Source of the DNA: a plasmid
Direction: 5' to 3' (one strand)
Length of the DNA stretch: 64,000 nucleotides
Sequence record: NC_009705.1
Each line of letters begins with the position of its first letter. Within the stretch, counting starts at the first letter, position 1. Both the position numbers and the translations under genes were made by a program. Of this stretch, positions 28,987 through 38,712 are shown piece after piece. The notes under the pieces were generated by a model. That model was not told the DNA's origin. It searched no databases and worked only from the letters and a program-made list of their open reading frames with translations.

Positions 28987-29670
28987 ATGGAACTAGACGA
29001 TAAAATTCTTACCAGAATAAAGAAATTGAAAGCACTATTAAGTAGCTCTAACCCTAATGAAGTTAATGCCGCAATCAAGCGAATTAATACTTTAATGCAA
29101 CAATACGAGCTTACAAATAAAGATGTAGAACTTTCTGATATCTCGGAAGAGACAGCAGAGTGGTCGCCCTCGAAATCCAAGAAAATACCCAAATATCTGG
29201 CTTTTCTGGTGACAGCGATATGCAAAAACTTTGCTGTAAAATCAATACGCTATGGCGATGGGAGAACTTCGTTTATTGGCACAGGCGAGCGCCCCGCTAT
29301 TGCGGCTTACGTGTATTCAGTTCTTGCCAGACAATTAATTACAGCCAGAAAAGAATACATTGATAACTTACACGGCAATACTTCAAAATCAAACAAAACG
29401 CGCTATGCCGATAGCTTCGCGGAAGGTTGGACATCAGAAGTCTATAATAAAATAGTAGACTTCTCTGACGAAAATGAAATTTCAAGGATTAATGAGTGGA
29501 TTACACTTAAATTTGGAAAATTGGAGGCCAGTAAAGTCCGAAAAGCAGGCGAAAGTTCGAGACGAATTGAGACAAATAAAGCGATCCATGAATATGCGGG
29601 ACGTGTATCTGCTAAACATGTTGTTCTTAATCATGGTGTAGATGGAACTGAAATTGATTTACTTAACTAA
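28987..29670 (+). CDS. DUF2786-like protein (227 aa)
   Basis: N-terminal 'KILTRIKKLKALLSSSNPNEVNAAIKRINTLMQQYELT' is characteristic of the DUF2786 family common in phage and cassette contexts. Confidence 0.45.
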   Translation: MELDDKILTRIKKLKALLSSSNPNEVNAAIKRINTLMQQYELTNKDVELSDISEETAEWSPSKSKKIPKYLAFLVTAICKNFAVKSIRYGDGRTSFIGTGERPAIAAYVYSVLARQLITARKEYIDNLHGNTSKSNKTRYADSFAEGWTSEVYNKIVDFSDENEISRINEWITLKFGKLEASKVRKAGESSRRIETNKAIHEYAGRVSAKHVVLNHGVDGTEIDLLN

Positions 29671-29711
29671 TATCACATCATGAATGTGATGTCGCCTATA
29701 AACTTCAAAAT

Positions 29712-29800
29712 ATGGTGTATACGCTCAGACTTGATTTGACAGGTTTCTCTGGCAGAACGCAATCTAATCTGACAGTCTGCTTTGAGCGAGGAGCGGGCCT
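29712..29800. repeat. Dispersed repeat (family A/B, orientation 1, second copy)
   Basis: 'GTATACGCTCAGACTTGATTTGACAGGTTTCTCTGGCAGAACGCAATCTAATCTGACAGTCTGCTTTGAGCGAGGAGCGG' compared with 21945-22030. Confidence 0.6.
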
Positions 29801-29810
29801 AATGACGGCC

Positions 29811-30704
29811 TCAATATAAACTTCCCTGTTTGTTCTGCTGCATATGCAACCAAATTTCTTCGAAAACATCCCCGTCAGCATATCCCATATAAGCTGTCGA
29901 AAACCTATCAAATATTATCCGTAAGGATTCCTTGCTTTTTAAAGAAACATTAAGAAGGTTGCGCGCTTTCTTAAGAAAAAGTTTTTTATCTTTTGAGTTC
30001 ATATCGTCCCATGTCTTCCCCAACTGTTGGATAGCTTCAGCAATTAATTCTTCTTTTCTCGTCTTCAAGGTTTTTCCTTTATGGTTTTTTTGCATAGCTT
30101 CATAGAAAGCTCTATGAAACATATAATCGGCATTGTACGTATAAATTTTAGATGGACTCAAAAGATTTGCGGAGGTTGATAGATTACCAGTTGAGAACAA
30201 ATTTAAATAGAATGTATTTGTTGCACTTTCAATATCTCCAGCGCTTATTTCATCTAAAGGTGCAATGCAAAAATAAACTGGTGTGAAATTTTTAATGGTG
30301 TGATTATTATGGATAAAGTGATACCCGTGACAGGTTCCGATAAATGATATGAGTTGGTTATTCATTAACTTATTGATTGATCTCAACTCATCTGCAAGTT
30401 CTTGCCAAGATATGGTGCTTTTATCTGGGAGTTCCATTGAAAGCGGGGAGCCATGAGCTTCAATGTGAATGATTGGAAGAAATGAAAGCTCTAATTCAGG
30501 CTTAAAGCTGTCTTTGATAGTCTGGATTATGCTTCGAAATTCTTCTTCGTTTTGAGTTTTTATTAAGGTAACGCCACAACCTAACCCACTATCAGTTAAA
30601 TTTTCACATAGCCGTCTGGCTGTTTGGTATTCATCATCGGGTAAACAGTCGATAATAATAAGTTTGTTGAATGTTAGGTTTTTATAAAATGTATTATGCT
30701 GCAT
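29811..30704 (-). CDS. Hypothetical protein (297 aa)
   Basis: ORF only. 'IHIEAHGSP' is a possible metal-binding motif. Confidence 0.4.
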   Translation of the reverse strand: MQHNTFYKNLTFNKLIIIDCLPDDEYQTARRLCENLTDSGLGCGVTLIKTQNEEEFRSIIQTIKDSFKPELELSFLPIIHIEAHGSPLSMELPDKSTISWQELADELRSINKLMNNQLISFIGTCHGYHFIHNNHTIKNFTPVYFCIAPLDEISAGDIESATNTFYLNLFSTGNLSTSANLLSPSKIYTYNADYMFHRAFYEAMQKNHKGKTLKTRKEELIAEAIQQLGKTWDDMNSKDKKLFLKKARNLLNVSLKSKESLRIIFDRFSTAYMGYADGDVFEEIWLHMQQNKQGSLY

Positions 30705-30837
30705 TTTCCTTCTTCCTGTTAGAACTTGCCAAAAATTTATATCGATGTACTGCCAAATGTTTTAAACATATTAATGATCATTCATCGGTAGTATCTTAAC
30801 ATTTTTGGTAATTACTTGTCACAAACTTAAAGTTGCC

Positions 30838-30925
30838 GCTTCTGGCACAGAGCTGCCTGTCAGATTAGGTTAAGCTCTATATCGTGACAATGCCAGATCA
30901 AGTCTGAACTAATACACATAGGGTT
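30838..30925. repeat. Dispersed repeat (family A/B, orientation 2, second copy)
   Basis: 'CCGCTTCTGGCACAGAGCTGCCTGTCAGATTAGGTTAAGCTCTATATCGTGACAATGCCAGATCAAGTCTGAACTAATAC'. Confidence 0.6.
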
Positions 30926-30948
30926 TATATTGAGGCTGGCTAAATCTA

Positions 30949-31170
30949 TTAATCCCGCTCTCGCTTCTTAGCTTGCTTAACAGCCTCTTCAATGATTTCT
31001 TCTTCACTTAAGCCAGTAGCATACGCTAATGCACTAACTGTAATGTCACCGCCTTCAATGCGCTCTCGGACATCATCTGGAGACATCCTATCCAAATCAT
31101 CATATGCAACCGAAAGTGCATCAGCAGTACGTGATAATAGTTTTCTACTCTCAAAACTCAGTCTTGCCAT
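30949..31170 (-). CDS. Small acidic hypothetical protein (73 aa)
   Basis: ORF 3' of the tandem-AbrB gene. Confidence 0.35.
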   Translation of the reverse strand: MARLSFESRKLLSRTADALSVAYDDLDRMSPDDVRERIEGGDITVSALAYATGLSEEEIIEEAVKQAKKRERD

Positions 31171-31268
31171 ATCAAAAACCTCTTGTAGTTAACAACTTTT
31201 AGTACCACTTTTAAAATTTTGGTAACAGTTGAATACAGGATAAAGTTAAAACTCGCCTCCATTGGTTC

Positions 31269-31619
31269 CTATTCAGATTTTAAAAACTTTGTTACAAGTA
31301 GACCGGTTGATGTCAGTTCTAAAACAATCAACTCACCCACCTCAAATTTTGGGATAGCTTTCATCATCCCTGTAATCTGCATGCCTATAGAGTTGCCCCA
31401 ACGGACAAACTTACCGTTAGTGGTCATGATCGTGGCAGGATGCACGTTAGCATCTGTAGTATTCTTTCTGATCAGCAACCCGTCAGTAGTGATATCAACT
31501 TGAAGTTCTTCATTCGGCTCAAACTGCCCCAGCTTACGCAGGGATGCAGGTAGCCTGAAGCCCATCACATTTCCCCACGGTAATAACTCTTTTTTAACTT
31601 TTTCAGCGACGTTAACCAC
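31269..31619 (-). CDS. Tandem AbrB/MazE/SpoVT-domain DNA-binding protein (116 aa)
   Basis: Two swapped-hairpin motifs: 'LPWGNVMGFRLPASL...QVDITTDGLLIRK' and 'VRWGNSIGMQITGMMKAIPKFEVGELIVLELTSTGLLV'. Confidence 0.55.
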   Translation of the reverse strand: MVNVAEKVKKELLPWGNVMGFRLPASLRKLGQFEPNEELQVDITTDGLLIRKNTTDANVHPATIMTTNGKFVRWGNSIGMQITGMMKAIPKFEVGELIVLELTSTGLLVTKFLKSE

Positions 31620-31666
31620 GGATATACCAACCTATTACAGTGAACGCTTAGCCTCTTCTCAGGCTT

Positions 31667-31769
31667 GGATATCCAATGAGTATACAACACTAACAGATTA
31701 AGCCATAGCCTAGCGAAACAAGCAATAAGTGTTTTTAAATAAATAGGATACTCAATGAGTATACATTTT
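31667..31769. promoter_or_regulatory. Two direct 23-bp operator-like repeats GGATA(T/C)(C/T)CAATGAGTATACA in the divergent promoter region
   Basis: Copies at 31667-31689 and 31746-31769, between the tandem-AbrB gene and the 31833 operon. Confidence 0.5.
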
Positions 31770-31832
31770 GATTGACAGTTAAAAACATTAAGACTAGATT
31801 TAGCCCATCAGTTTTAAAAAGGTGATTAGAAA

Positions 31833-32606
31833 ATGAATTCACATACACACTGCACTTTCATTATCCCTTGCTCTTTGATGCAGGCAAACAGCGCGAAATA
31901 CGCTTTAAACCTCATTAAGCGCATCGCTATGAACTCCCAGTTTTTAAAAGAATTACGTGTGCGTGAGACATCAATTTCAAATCAAATTGTAAAAGAACTC
32001 CTCAGTAATGAAGGTAGATTCTCAGAGAATCAACTTGAAAATGCGGATCAGATACGCCGTTATTGCCTTGGTTTCAACTTTATGTCTGAAGTCATTAATA
32101 CGGACAAGGTAACAGGCTTAATGTTGCGGTTTTCAGATAGTGATTCTACAGGTTCTCTTTATGCATTCTCACCGCTCAATGCGGCACTATTTACTCAGGC
32201 TGTGCTAAGTGTTTGTGGCTTAGACCACTGTGTAGAAATTATTTATCATCAGCTAAGTTGCAACCAAGATCTTAAGGCGGGTTGTTTTACAGTAGATAAG
32301 AATGAACTAGACCACTTATCACTGACTGAGCTGTTAAACAGCGCAGGTGTAGAACGCCAATTCGATCACTACATTATTAGCTTAGCCTCACAAAACAATT
32401 TACTCCGCTCTTCTATTCTTTATCGTTGTAGTAAAAATAGTGATCCAACACGTTTTCTATCCCATGCAATAAAAAAGCATGCCTTTTTTGACTCCACAAT
32501 TAAATCATTTGCAGACAGTGTTAATTTTAAAGAAAACATCTCGATGAAGAAACTCTGTATTTTTGATTACAAAATCCTTGGGAAGTATATTCCTACCATT
32601 CATTAA
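31833..32606 (+). CDS. Hypothetical protein (257 aa), first gene of a six-gene operon
   Basis: AAAAGGTGA RBS 8 nt before ATG. Confidence 0.45.
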   Translation: MNSHTHCTFIIPCSLMQANSAKYALNLIKRIAMNSQFLKELRVRETSISNQIVKELLSNEGRFSENQLENADQIRRYCLGFNFMSEVINTDKVTGLMLRFSDSDSTGSLYAFSPLNAALFTQAVLSVCGLDHCVEIIYHQLSCNQDLKAGCFTVDKNELDHLSLTELLNSAGVERQFDHYIISLASQNNLLRSSILYRCSKNSDPTRFLSHAIKKHAFFDSTIKSFADSVNFKENISMKKLCIFDYKILGKYIPTIH

Positions 32607-32630
32607 GCTGTATTATATTCAAGGTAACAT

Positions 32631-32984
32631 ATGAATAATTCAATCGCAGTTATAGATTATGACCCCAACCTGCTCTATTTTAGTGGTGATATATTGCAAA
32701 CAATTAGCTTAACATTTGCTCAATGGAAATATAGAAAAACAATAGAAGTGACTGTCAAGGGTAATTATATCGGAATATCAGTGATCAAAACTGCATTAAA
32801 AATGGTCTATGTTGCCCTACCCCAATATAGCGAAGGTGTGGCTATGATGATTATGGTAGACCCATTAAATGGGCATAGTTTGCACAATAATGACGATGAT
32901 ATGAGAGGTACGCACTGGTTAGAAGACATGCTTATTTCTAGCGAAATCACCAGTTTCACTTATAAAGAAAAATCAGCATCTTAA
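32631..32984 (+). CDS. Hypothetical protein (117 aa)
   Basis: ORF with 'AGGTAACAT' upstream. Confidence 0.4.
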   Translation: MNNSIAVIDYDPNLLYFSGDILQTISLTFAQWKYRKTIEVTVKGNYIGISVIKTALKMVYVALPQYSEGVAMMIMVDPLNGHSLHNNDDDMRGTHWLEDMLISSEITSFTYKEKSAS

Positions 32985-33033
32985 TTACGTCGTTCAATAT
33001 AACCTCCAATTAACTTAGTTAGGATATAATCTA

Positions 33034-33675
33034 ATGGATCTTAAAATACCCTATGCCGAACTTGTATCTAAATGCCACTCTCTTGAAAAAAAACTCGCGG
33101 AAGAAAATACATCTCATATCAACACCATCGAACAACGCGATTATGCACACCAATCCATTGATCACATATTCAATATTGTTTTCAGTCATAACCCTGAATG
33201 GTCTAGTGCTTACAACTACCAAAATGCAATCTCTGATATCGATCAGCAACTGTATTTTGAAAGAAACCAGCTTAAAGATATTACAACTGAAAGTACCACG
33301 TTATTAAAAAAAGCCGCTAGAGAATTATCGAATTCATGGATAGCTAACTCCCTTCAGTTTAACATTGAGGCGTCATTGATTTACATACGAAACCATAATA
33401 TTAAAGCGGCTCAAGACATATTAACCTGCGCCATAGAAAACTTTGACCCCGCATTTTCTGAGAATGTTGATCTTAATGAATTAGACACATTTCTTGATGA
33501 ACAGAAAAATGCCTTCATTTCCTATGCTGAAGCATTGGAACGAGTTAAAGCCGATGTACCAGCAACAGCTAAAGCAATTCAACAACGAAATCATGAAATA
33601 CAAGTACAAGCTGTTCTTGCTGCGGATCAAGCTAAACAGATCCATTCTGATACTGGAGGCCAACATGAAAATTGA
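33034..33675 (+). CDS. Hypothetical helical/coiled-coil protein (213 aa)
   Basis: ORF. Helix-rich. Confidence 0.4.
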   Translation: MDLKIPYAELVSKCHSLEKKLAEENTSHINTIEQRDYAHQSIDHIFNIVFSHNPEWSSAYNYQNAISDIDQQLYFERNQLKDITTESTTLLKKAARELSNSWIANSLQFNIEASLIYIRNHNIKAAQDILTCAIENFDPAFSENVDLNELDTFLDEQKNAFISYAEALERVKADVPATAKAIQQRNHEIQVQAVLAADQAKQIHSDTGGQHEN

Positions 33676-34189
33676 GACCAGCCAGACTGTTAAAATCTGC
33701 CTTACTGAACTTGAATGCTTAGATCCGGTTGATATCGTCGTTGATGACTATGCACTGGGGAAAGGCAAAATAACCATCGGCTGCGCGGGCAAGGCGTGGA
33801 CAGCAACTTGGTATGCTATGTCCGACCGAACGGTTGCTCAGTTAATCACAGACTGTGATAGTGACTATCTTATCGGCTGTCTATCCCCTCAGTTAGACCC
33901 CTGCCTCGATGCAGACAATGAAGCTAATGTTGCCTTTGTCAAAAGTGAAATAATTAAGCTGAGACGGGACAGAGAACTATCTGAAATGGAAGCTCGTGAC
34001 GCTTGGGAAGCCGCGAGTTCATCAGTTGAGGTCAAAGGTGATGTGTGCCACTGCTCTGCCCACTCCCCCTTGCAGGGAGTACTAGGCGATGACCCCTATT
34101 ATGCCAATTGGCCATCAATCAAAAACCACCACTACGCTTATCTCAGCCGGATAGTTACGGCAGTAAAAGCAGGTCTTGCTCATGGCTAA
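33665..34189 (+). CDS. Hypothetical protein (174 aa, start at 'MKIETSQ' after GGAGGCC)
   Basis: RBS CTGGAGG. Overlaps the upstream stop. The longer ORF-track version overlaps the previous gene out of frame. Confidence 0.4.
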   Translation: MKIETSQTVKICLTELECLDPVDIVVDDYALGKGKITIGCAGKAWTATWYAMSDRTVAQLITDCDSDYLIGCLSPQLDPCLDADNEANVAFVKSEIIKLRRDRELSEMEARDAWEAASSSVEVKGDVCHCSAHSPLQGVLGDDPYYANWPSIKNHHYAYLSRIVTAVKAGLAHG

Positions 34190-34637
34190 CCTCTCCAAAA
34201 AGAAACAACGGGAATTGCTGCGACTCAAGTTTGGTGGCAAATGCGCCTATTGTGGCCATCCACTGCCTTTAACTGGCTGGCATGCTGACCACATAGAAGC
34301 GGTGTATCGCAACTGTGAGTGGAAATATAAGCCGAATGGCAGACGCTATCTCGGCTCCGGTACTGGCATGGCAAACCCCCATCTTGATTGTGAAACCAAT
34401 CAAGTACCAGCGTGTGCGCCATGCAATCTCTTCAAATCGACATTCAGCGTAGAACAGTTCAGAAAGAAAATAATGACCCAAGTCGATGTGACCCGCCGAG
34501 CATCCAGAAGCTTTAGAACAGCGGAAGCCTTTGGCCAACTCATTGCAACACCCACACCAGTTATTTTCTACTTTGAGCAATATTATGCTGACCAGAATAA
34601 TTTAATTCAGATAGATGACATTGAGGATGCCATGTAA
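34182..34637 (+). CDS. HNH endonuclease (151 aa)
   Basis: 'CAYCGHPLP...WHADHIEAV...C..CNLFK' is the HNH Cys-His box pattern. ATGGCTAA overlap with the upstream stop. Confidence 0.65.
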   Translation: MANLSKKKQRELLRLKFGGKCAYCGHPLPLTGWHADHIEAVYRNCEWKYKPNGRRYLGSGTGMANPHLDCETNQVPACAPCNLFKSTFSVEQFRKKIMTQVDVTRRASRSFRTAEAFGQLIATPTPVIFYFEQYYADQNNLIQIDDIEDAM

Positions 34638-35281
34638 TGGCTGTATTACCAGAAATTGTCCAGCGGAATAAACAAGGGAGTTGGACACACTCAAATTTTT
34701 ACGTCGGCACAGACGCTCTTTTTGATCATTGGTTAGAAGAACATAACCTTGAGCATCAGATTGCTTTTATGGACTGCGAAGATGACAACACATCCCAAAC
34801 TCTGCTGGAAAAGTATCATTCAGGCTTTGCCGACTTCTCAGGATGGCAACCTGATCCACCTAAAGGTGATGACTGGTTCATTGGGTCTATTCATGACTCT
34901 GAAGAAGGCCCAGTATGTATTTGGCTTCGACCAATCACCCAGACCAACACAACGGTAACGGGAATGGATAATAAAGCTGCATTGGCGCTCCTTGCCATTC
35001 TCAATCTCGTTAAGGAACACGATGATCAAGAAATTGATGACGGGGTTATCGAACTCAGGGGATTAGAAGATCAGAATGGTAATGACTGTGGCGCGACTCT
35101 ATCAGTTACCAAGCTTGCTGCTGAAGCCCATTCAGTCATTAATGACCTCTTGCAGCGGCTCACTCACAGCCAAAAACGTGAAGCGGCACTCACCGATTAC
35201 ATGTTATCCAAATTTGGGAAAACAACTCACCATTTTATAGATGAGTTATGGAACCACCTACCCCCGACGATTTTGGAATAA
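34637..35281 (+). CDS. Hypothetical acidic protein (214 aa), last gene of the operon
   Basis: TAATG overlap with the HNH gene. Confidence 0.4.
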   Translation: MAVLPEIVQRNKQGSWTHSNFYVGTDALFDHWLEEHNLEHQIAFMDCEDDNTSQTLLEKYHSGFADFSGWQPDPPKGDDWFIGSIHDSEEGPVCIWLRPITQTNTTVTGMDNKAALALLAILNLVKEHDDQEIDDGVIELRGLEDQNGNDCGATLSVTKLAAEAHSVINDLLQRLTHSQKREAALTDYMLSKFGKTTHHFIDELWNHLPPTILE

Positions 35282-35440
35282 CGTCACATGGCATTTATTC
35301 GGATGAATAATCCAGAACTCAAAAACGGTGTTTTACACGATGCCAAATCACTTGCATCTGACTGCGCTCACTACGTGAGCGAGTAGTAGACATTATTCAG
35401 ATGGACATGGATACTATTCTTGAAAAAATACGCAGCTTAA

Positions 35441-35839
35441 ATGGAAATGCTCATGATAAAAAAATTCACTGTCCTTTCTTTGTTATTATGCTCTTCTACC
35501 GTTGTTGCTTCTGAAAATGTGGTTTCAGATAAGATGGTTTGCAAGGCAACGATCGCAGGGTTAATGCACCAAAAACCATATCTAATAACCGTTGAAGAAA
35601 TGACAGAAGATTACTTGCTATATTATACTCGAGAAATTGATAAAACCGAGTGGACATATAAATGCAAAGTGGAAGGCAACAACGTGATATGGGGTACTGC
35701 CAGTGTTAAATATTCCAAGTTGAGATCGGCTAAAAATACGACATTCACAGTTTCCGATGATAAAAATAAAATAATTATTATCGATAAATACGTTGACGGC
35801 TCAGAAACAAAGAAAATAATTGATATTAAAGATCTGTGA
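35441..35839 (+). CDS. Small secreted protein (signal peptide)
   Basis: 'MIKKFTVLSLLLCSSTVVASEN'. Confidence 0.45.
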   Translation: MEMLMIKKFTVLSLLLCSSTVVASENVVSDKMVCKATIAGLMHQKPYLITVEEMTEDYLLYYTREIDKTEWTYKCKVEGNNVIWGTASVKYSKLRSAKNTTFTVSDDKNKIIIIDKYVDGSETKKIIDIKDL

Positions 35840-36217
35840 TTAACACAATAATTGATAAGCAGACATTTGAGATATTCGGTAGTCAGTAAGAGTGGATATA
35901 TTTTCGTACAGATCACTAAATGATATTAAAAACGTATCATTAAACACTTTATAAAATATCTGACTGATGTTGGCTCACCATCCCAACTATCAAGGGGTTG
36001 GATTTACGCATAAAGTCATAAGGTCTTGATTTACTCGGTGAACACCTGATGTAATCCATTATATTTCACACGGTTATATAACGTTAGAGACAGACACGGG
36101 GCATGTTGTGTACGTCACGCCCCGTATTTCTTAGCTTTCTCATTCCAGCACCAGAAACGACCATAATCATCGTAGCAAGCGTAACAGGAATATGGTTAAG
36201 CAGACCTCCACAAGAGA

Positions 36218-37069
36218 TCACTCGCATCCCATCTCTTGAGCCAATGTTCCCTTCTGCGACTTAATGGTTTTTGCCACCTCTTCAGGTAAGGCCGACCAGA
36301 TTTTCAATTTAGGGTTTGTTTTTTCTTCAATTGTATCAACAGTAACTTGATAATCACAAAACTTCGCCGACTTAGCCGTATCTTGTTCCATCAAAAATGC
36401 AGAGTACTGACCTTCATCTGGCCCACTACCGATAAATATCACTTTCCAATAACCACTTGGGATCTGAACAGAAGTATCAGCCGGCAATGTCGCTAAATCA
36501 TAATCATATAAAGGGCCCGTAACAGTATACACGGCCGTTATCTCAGGGCGATTTGCCAGTAGTCGTTCCTGATCCTCAAGCCGCGCCCATGCGCCTCGAT
36601 TCAAATCTGATTTTTGCGGTGTGATATTGGACAAATAGTTTAGTGTCCTCCAATCATCATGCGCCGCTAAAGAACTCAACGGTGCCTGATGGCCACGATC
36701 AACGCCTAACTCCCCATTAGCTCCACTATATGCCGCAGGAGCCAGTGTATCCGTTACAGGTAAGCTTGGATCTCGCGCCCAGTTGCGGCGACGGCCACTG
36801 GCAAGAGTATCTTGAGTCACTTTATAAGCCACCCAATTTGCGAATTTAGTGCTACTGTTATTATTCAGTGTGTAAACATTTCGAATTAGCGTTTGATCAC
36901 TACCCCCAGTAGGGCAGCCAACAAGGCAGTTATCAATTGTAACAACATCGTGTTCTATTGCCGTAGGGACTAAGAGTGGAGTATTAGCATAGGAAATTCT
37001 ATGTTGAAATGTACAGACAAAAGATAAGGGAATAAAAACAGGCAAAAACTTAAATAAATTGAATTTCAT
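36218..37069 (-). CDS. Secreted DNA/RNA non-specific endonuclease (Serratia NucA/EndoG family)
   Basis: Signal peptide plus the active-site motif 'DRGHQAP' (DRGH) and downstream 'N...E' region. Confidence 0.7.
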   Translation of the reverse strand: MKFNLFKFLPVFIPLSFVCTFQHRISYANTPLLVPTAIEHDVVTIDNCLVGCPTGGSDQTLIRNVYTLNNNSSTKFANWVAYKVTQDTLASGRRRNWARDPSLPVTDTLAPAAYSGANGELGVDRGHQAPLSSLAAHDDWRTLNYLSNITPQKSDLNRGAWARLEDQERLLANRPEITAVYTVTGPLYDYDLATLPADTSVQIPSGYWKVIFIGSGPDEGQYSAFLMEQDTAKSAKFCDYQVTVDTIEEKTNPKLKIWSALPEEVAKTIKSQKGTLAQEMGCE

Positions 37070-37360
37070 TATTTACATTTATTTCCATTATGAATTTAAC
37101 TTCTGAAAGAAAACGATTGACCATTAATTCTATCCATAAAATCATAACAGTGCGTCTGAAAATATAATCATGCTGCTTTGAAATAAATAGCAGGCAATGT
37201 TAATTACAAGATATATCCCTTAGGCATTCTTGCATATTTTTTAGCACACAATGGAAATATTAAACAACAATAAATGAATAAAACTCTAAAAATCAGTTTT
37301 AAATAGCAATTATAGATAAACAGGGTTGAGATTACATCAAGCAACATTGAAGAACCTAGA

Positions 37361-38191
37361 CTAGAGCGCTTTATCATTGATTTTATTGATAACTTTCAAA
37401 AATTCGTAATTCGTCATATCGCTATTTATATAGCTCTTGATATCTTTACCCATGTTATTACATAACATTATTATTTTTTCTAACTCGCTTTCAAATAAGC
37501 CAATCGATTCATTATACTTGGATAATGCAAGAGATACGGAATATAACTGGCGTGATAATAACTTTTTATTATCAAAAGGCCAACCTGTAAAATTTGCATT
37601 ACCACACATCGCATTTAAATTATGGACAAACTCCTTGATGTCTTTATCAGTGTAACTACTTACGTTATTTATAAGGCTTTTCAATTTTCGGACATCTGAG
37701 AGCAAATATTTTGCCTGAATAATATAAATCACTCGATTATGACCTAACAGTAAATTAATCCATTTATATTTATGTTTAAGAAGAAGCTCATCAACAGCAT
37801 TAAATTTAATAGTAGTTTGTTTTGAACCGTTCTTTTTAGAGTCCGAAATATACTTGTCGGTATGGTTATCATTGATATGCTTCCAGTACATTCTTGGTTT
37901 CTCATCATCCATGCAAATAGAGACCAATAAAACAATATCATCGATAGATTGCCAATACTTCAAATTATCTAAGCCAACGGAAACATTGGGATTATTTCCG
38001 GATGTGGTCTTTATTTGAACACCGATAAAACAACCTACAGAACGTTTGTTATCATCAAAAAACTCAACCTGAGCATCTATCCCAACATCAATACTGAGCA
38101 AACGACATGGCCACTCAAAATACCGAGAAACCCAATATGCAAAATAGTTCTCACCAGCTTGGCCTATCGAACTTTTCTTTTGATAAATCAT
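37361..38191 (-). CDS. DUF4365-family (Mrr-like PD-(D/E)xK) protein with C-terminal extension (276 aa)
   Basis: 'IGQAGENYFAYWVSRYFEWPCRLLSIDVGIDAQVEFFDDNKRSVGCFIGVQIKTT' matches the DUF4365 G-x-GE...D-GID...E...QxK block. About 30% GC. Confidence 0.5.
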   Translation of the reverse strand: MIYQKKSSIGQAGENYFAYWVSRYFEWPCRLLSIDVGIDAQVEFFDDNKRSVGCFIGVQIKTTSGNNPNVSVGLDNLKYWQSIDDIVLLVSICMDDEKPRMYWKHINDNHTDKYISDSKKNGSKQTTIKFNAVDELLLKHKYKWINLLLGHNRVIYIIQAKYLLSDVRKLKSLINNVSSYTDKDIKEFVHNLNAMCGNANFTGWPFDNKKLLSRQLYSVSLALSKYNESIGLFESELEKIIMLCNNMGKDIKSYINSDMTNYEFLKVINKINDKAL

Positions 38192-38712
38192 GCAGTTGAT
38201 TCCTGCTGTAAGTTACTTTATTACGGTATAATACACCGACATGTATTTATGCCAACAACTGAGAATTTATTGAATTCACCTTAAAGAATGTACGAAGAAG
38301 CGCCAAATCCCACTTCTTGCGTTCTAGGAGTATACCTTTTTATTGCACTTATAAATCATACTAACTGCTTTTAAACACACAAGTAATAGGAGCTATATTA
38401 GTGACCAACAACTTGTATTTTATTAACAACTCGCTAAGATTGCATAGTGCTTTGTACTGTCAGTGGTGTCTCTGACGGGGCGTCTGATTCCTCACTGGCA
38501 GCACTGCACAACCTCTTCGACGAGGTATTTTGAAAACCAAAAAGCAGGCCATCGTTAAAAGGTGGCAAGCCAATATTGAATATGAATTACACAAACGCTT
38601 AATGCGGCTGAAATCACCAAGAACAGAGTATCTGATTACAAATTCATATGAGTAAATGCTCACTAAATTTATGCAGTGATCCTTTAGCTGGGTTACAGAA
38701 AGGAAGTTTGCT

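Noticed and set aside
28848-29225. 125-aa minus-strand ORF overlapping the DUF2786-like gene
   Set aside because: It runs antisense to a well-supported plus-strand gene and through the intergenic palindrome. There is no RBS and the composition is odd.
38200-38712. tRNA or att site adjacent to the integrase gene
   Set aside because: No cloverleaf-compatible sequence (no GTTCRANYC T-loop with matching acceptor stem) was seen in the 500 bp upstream.
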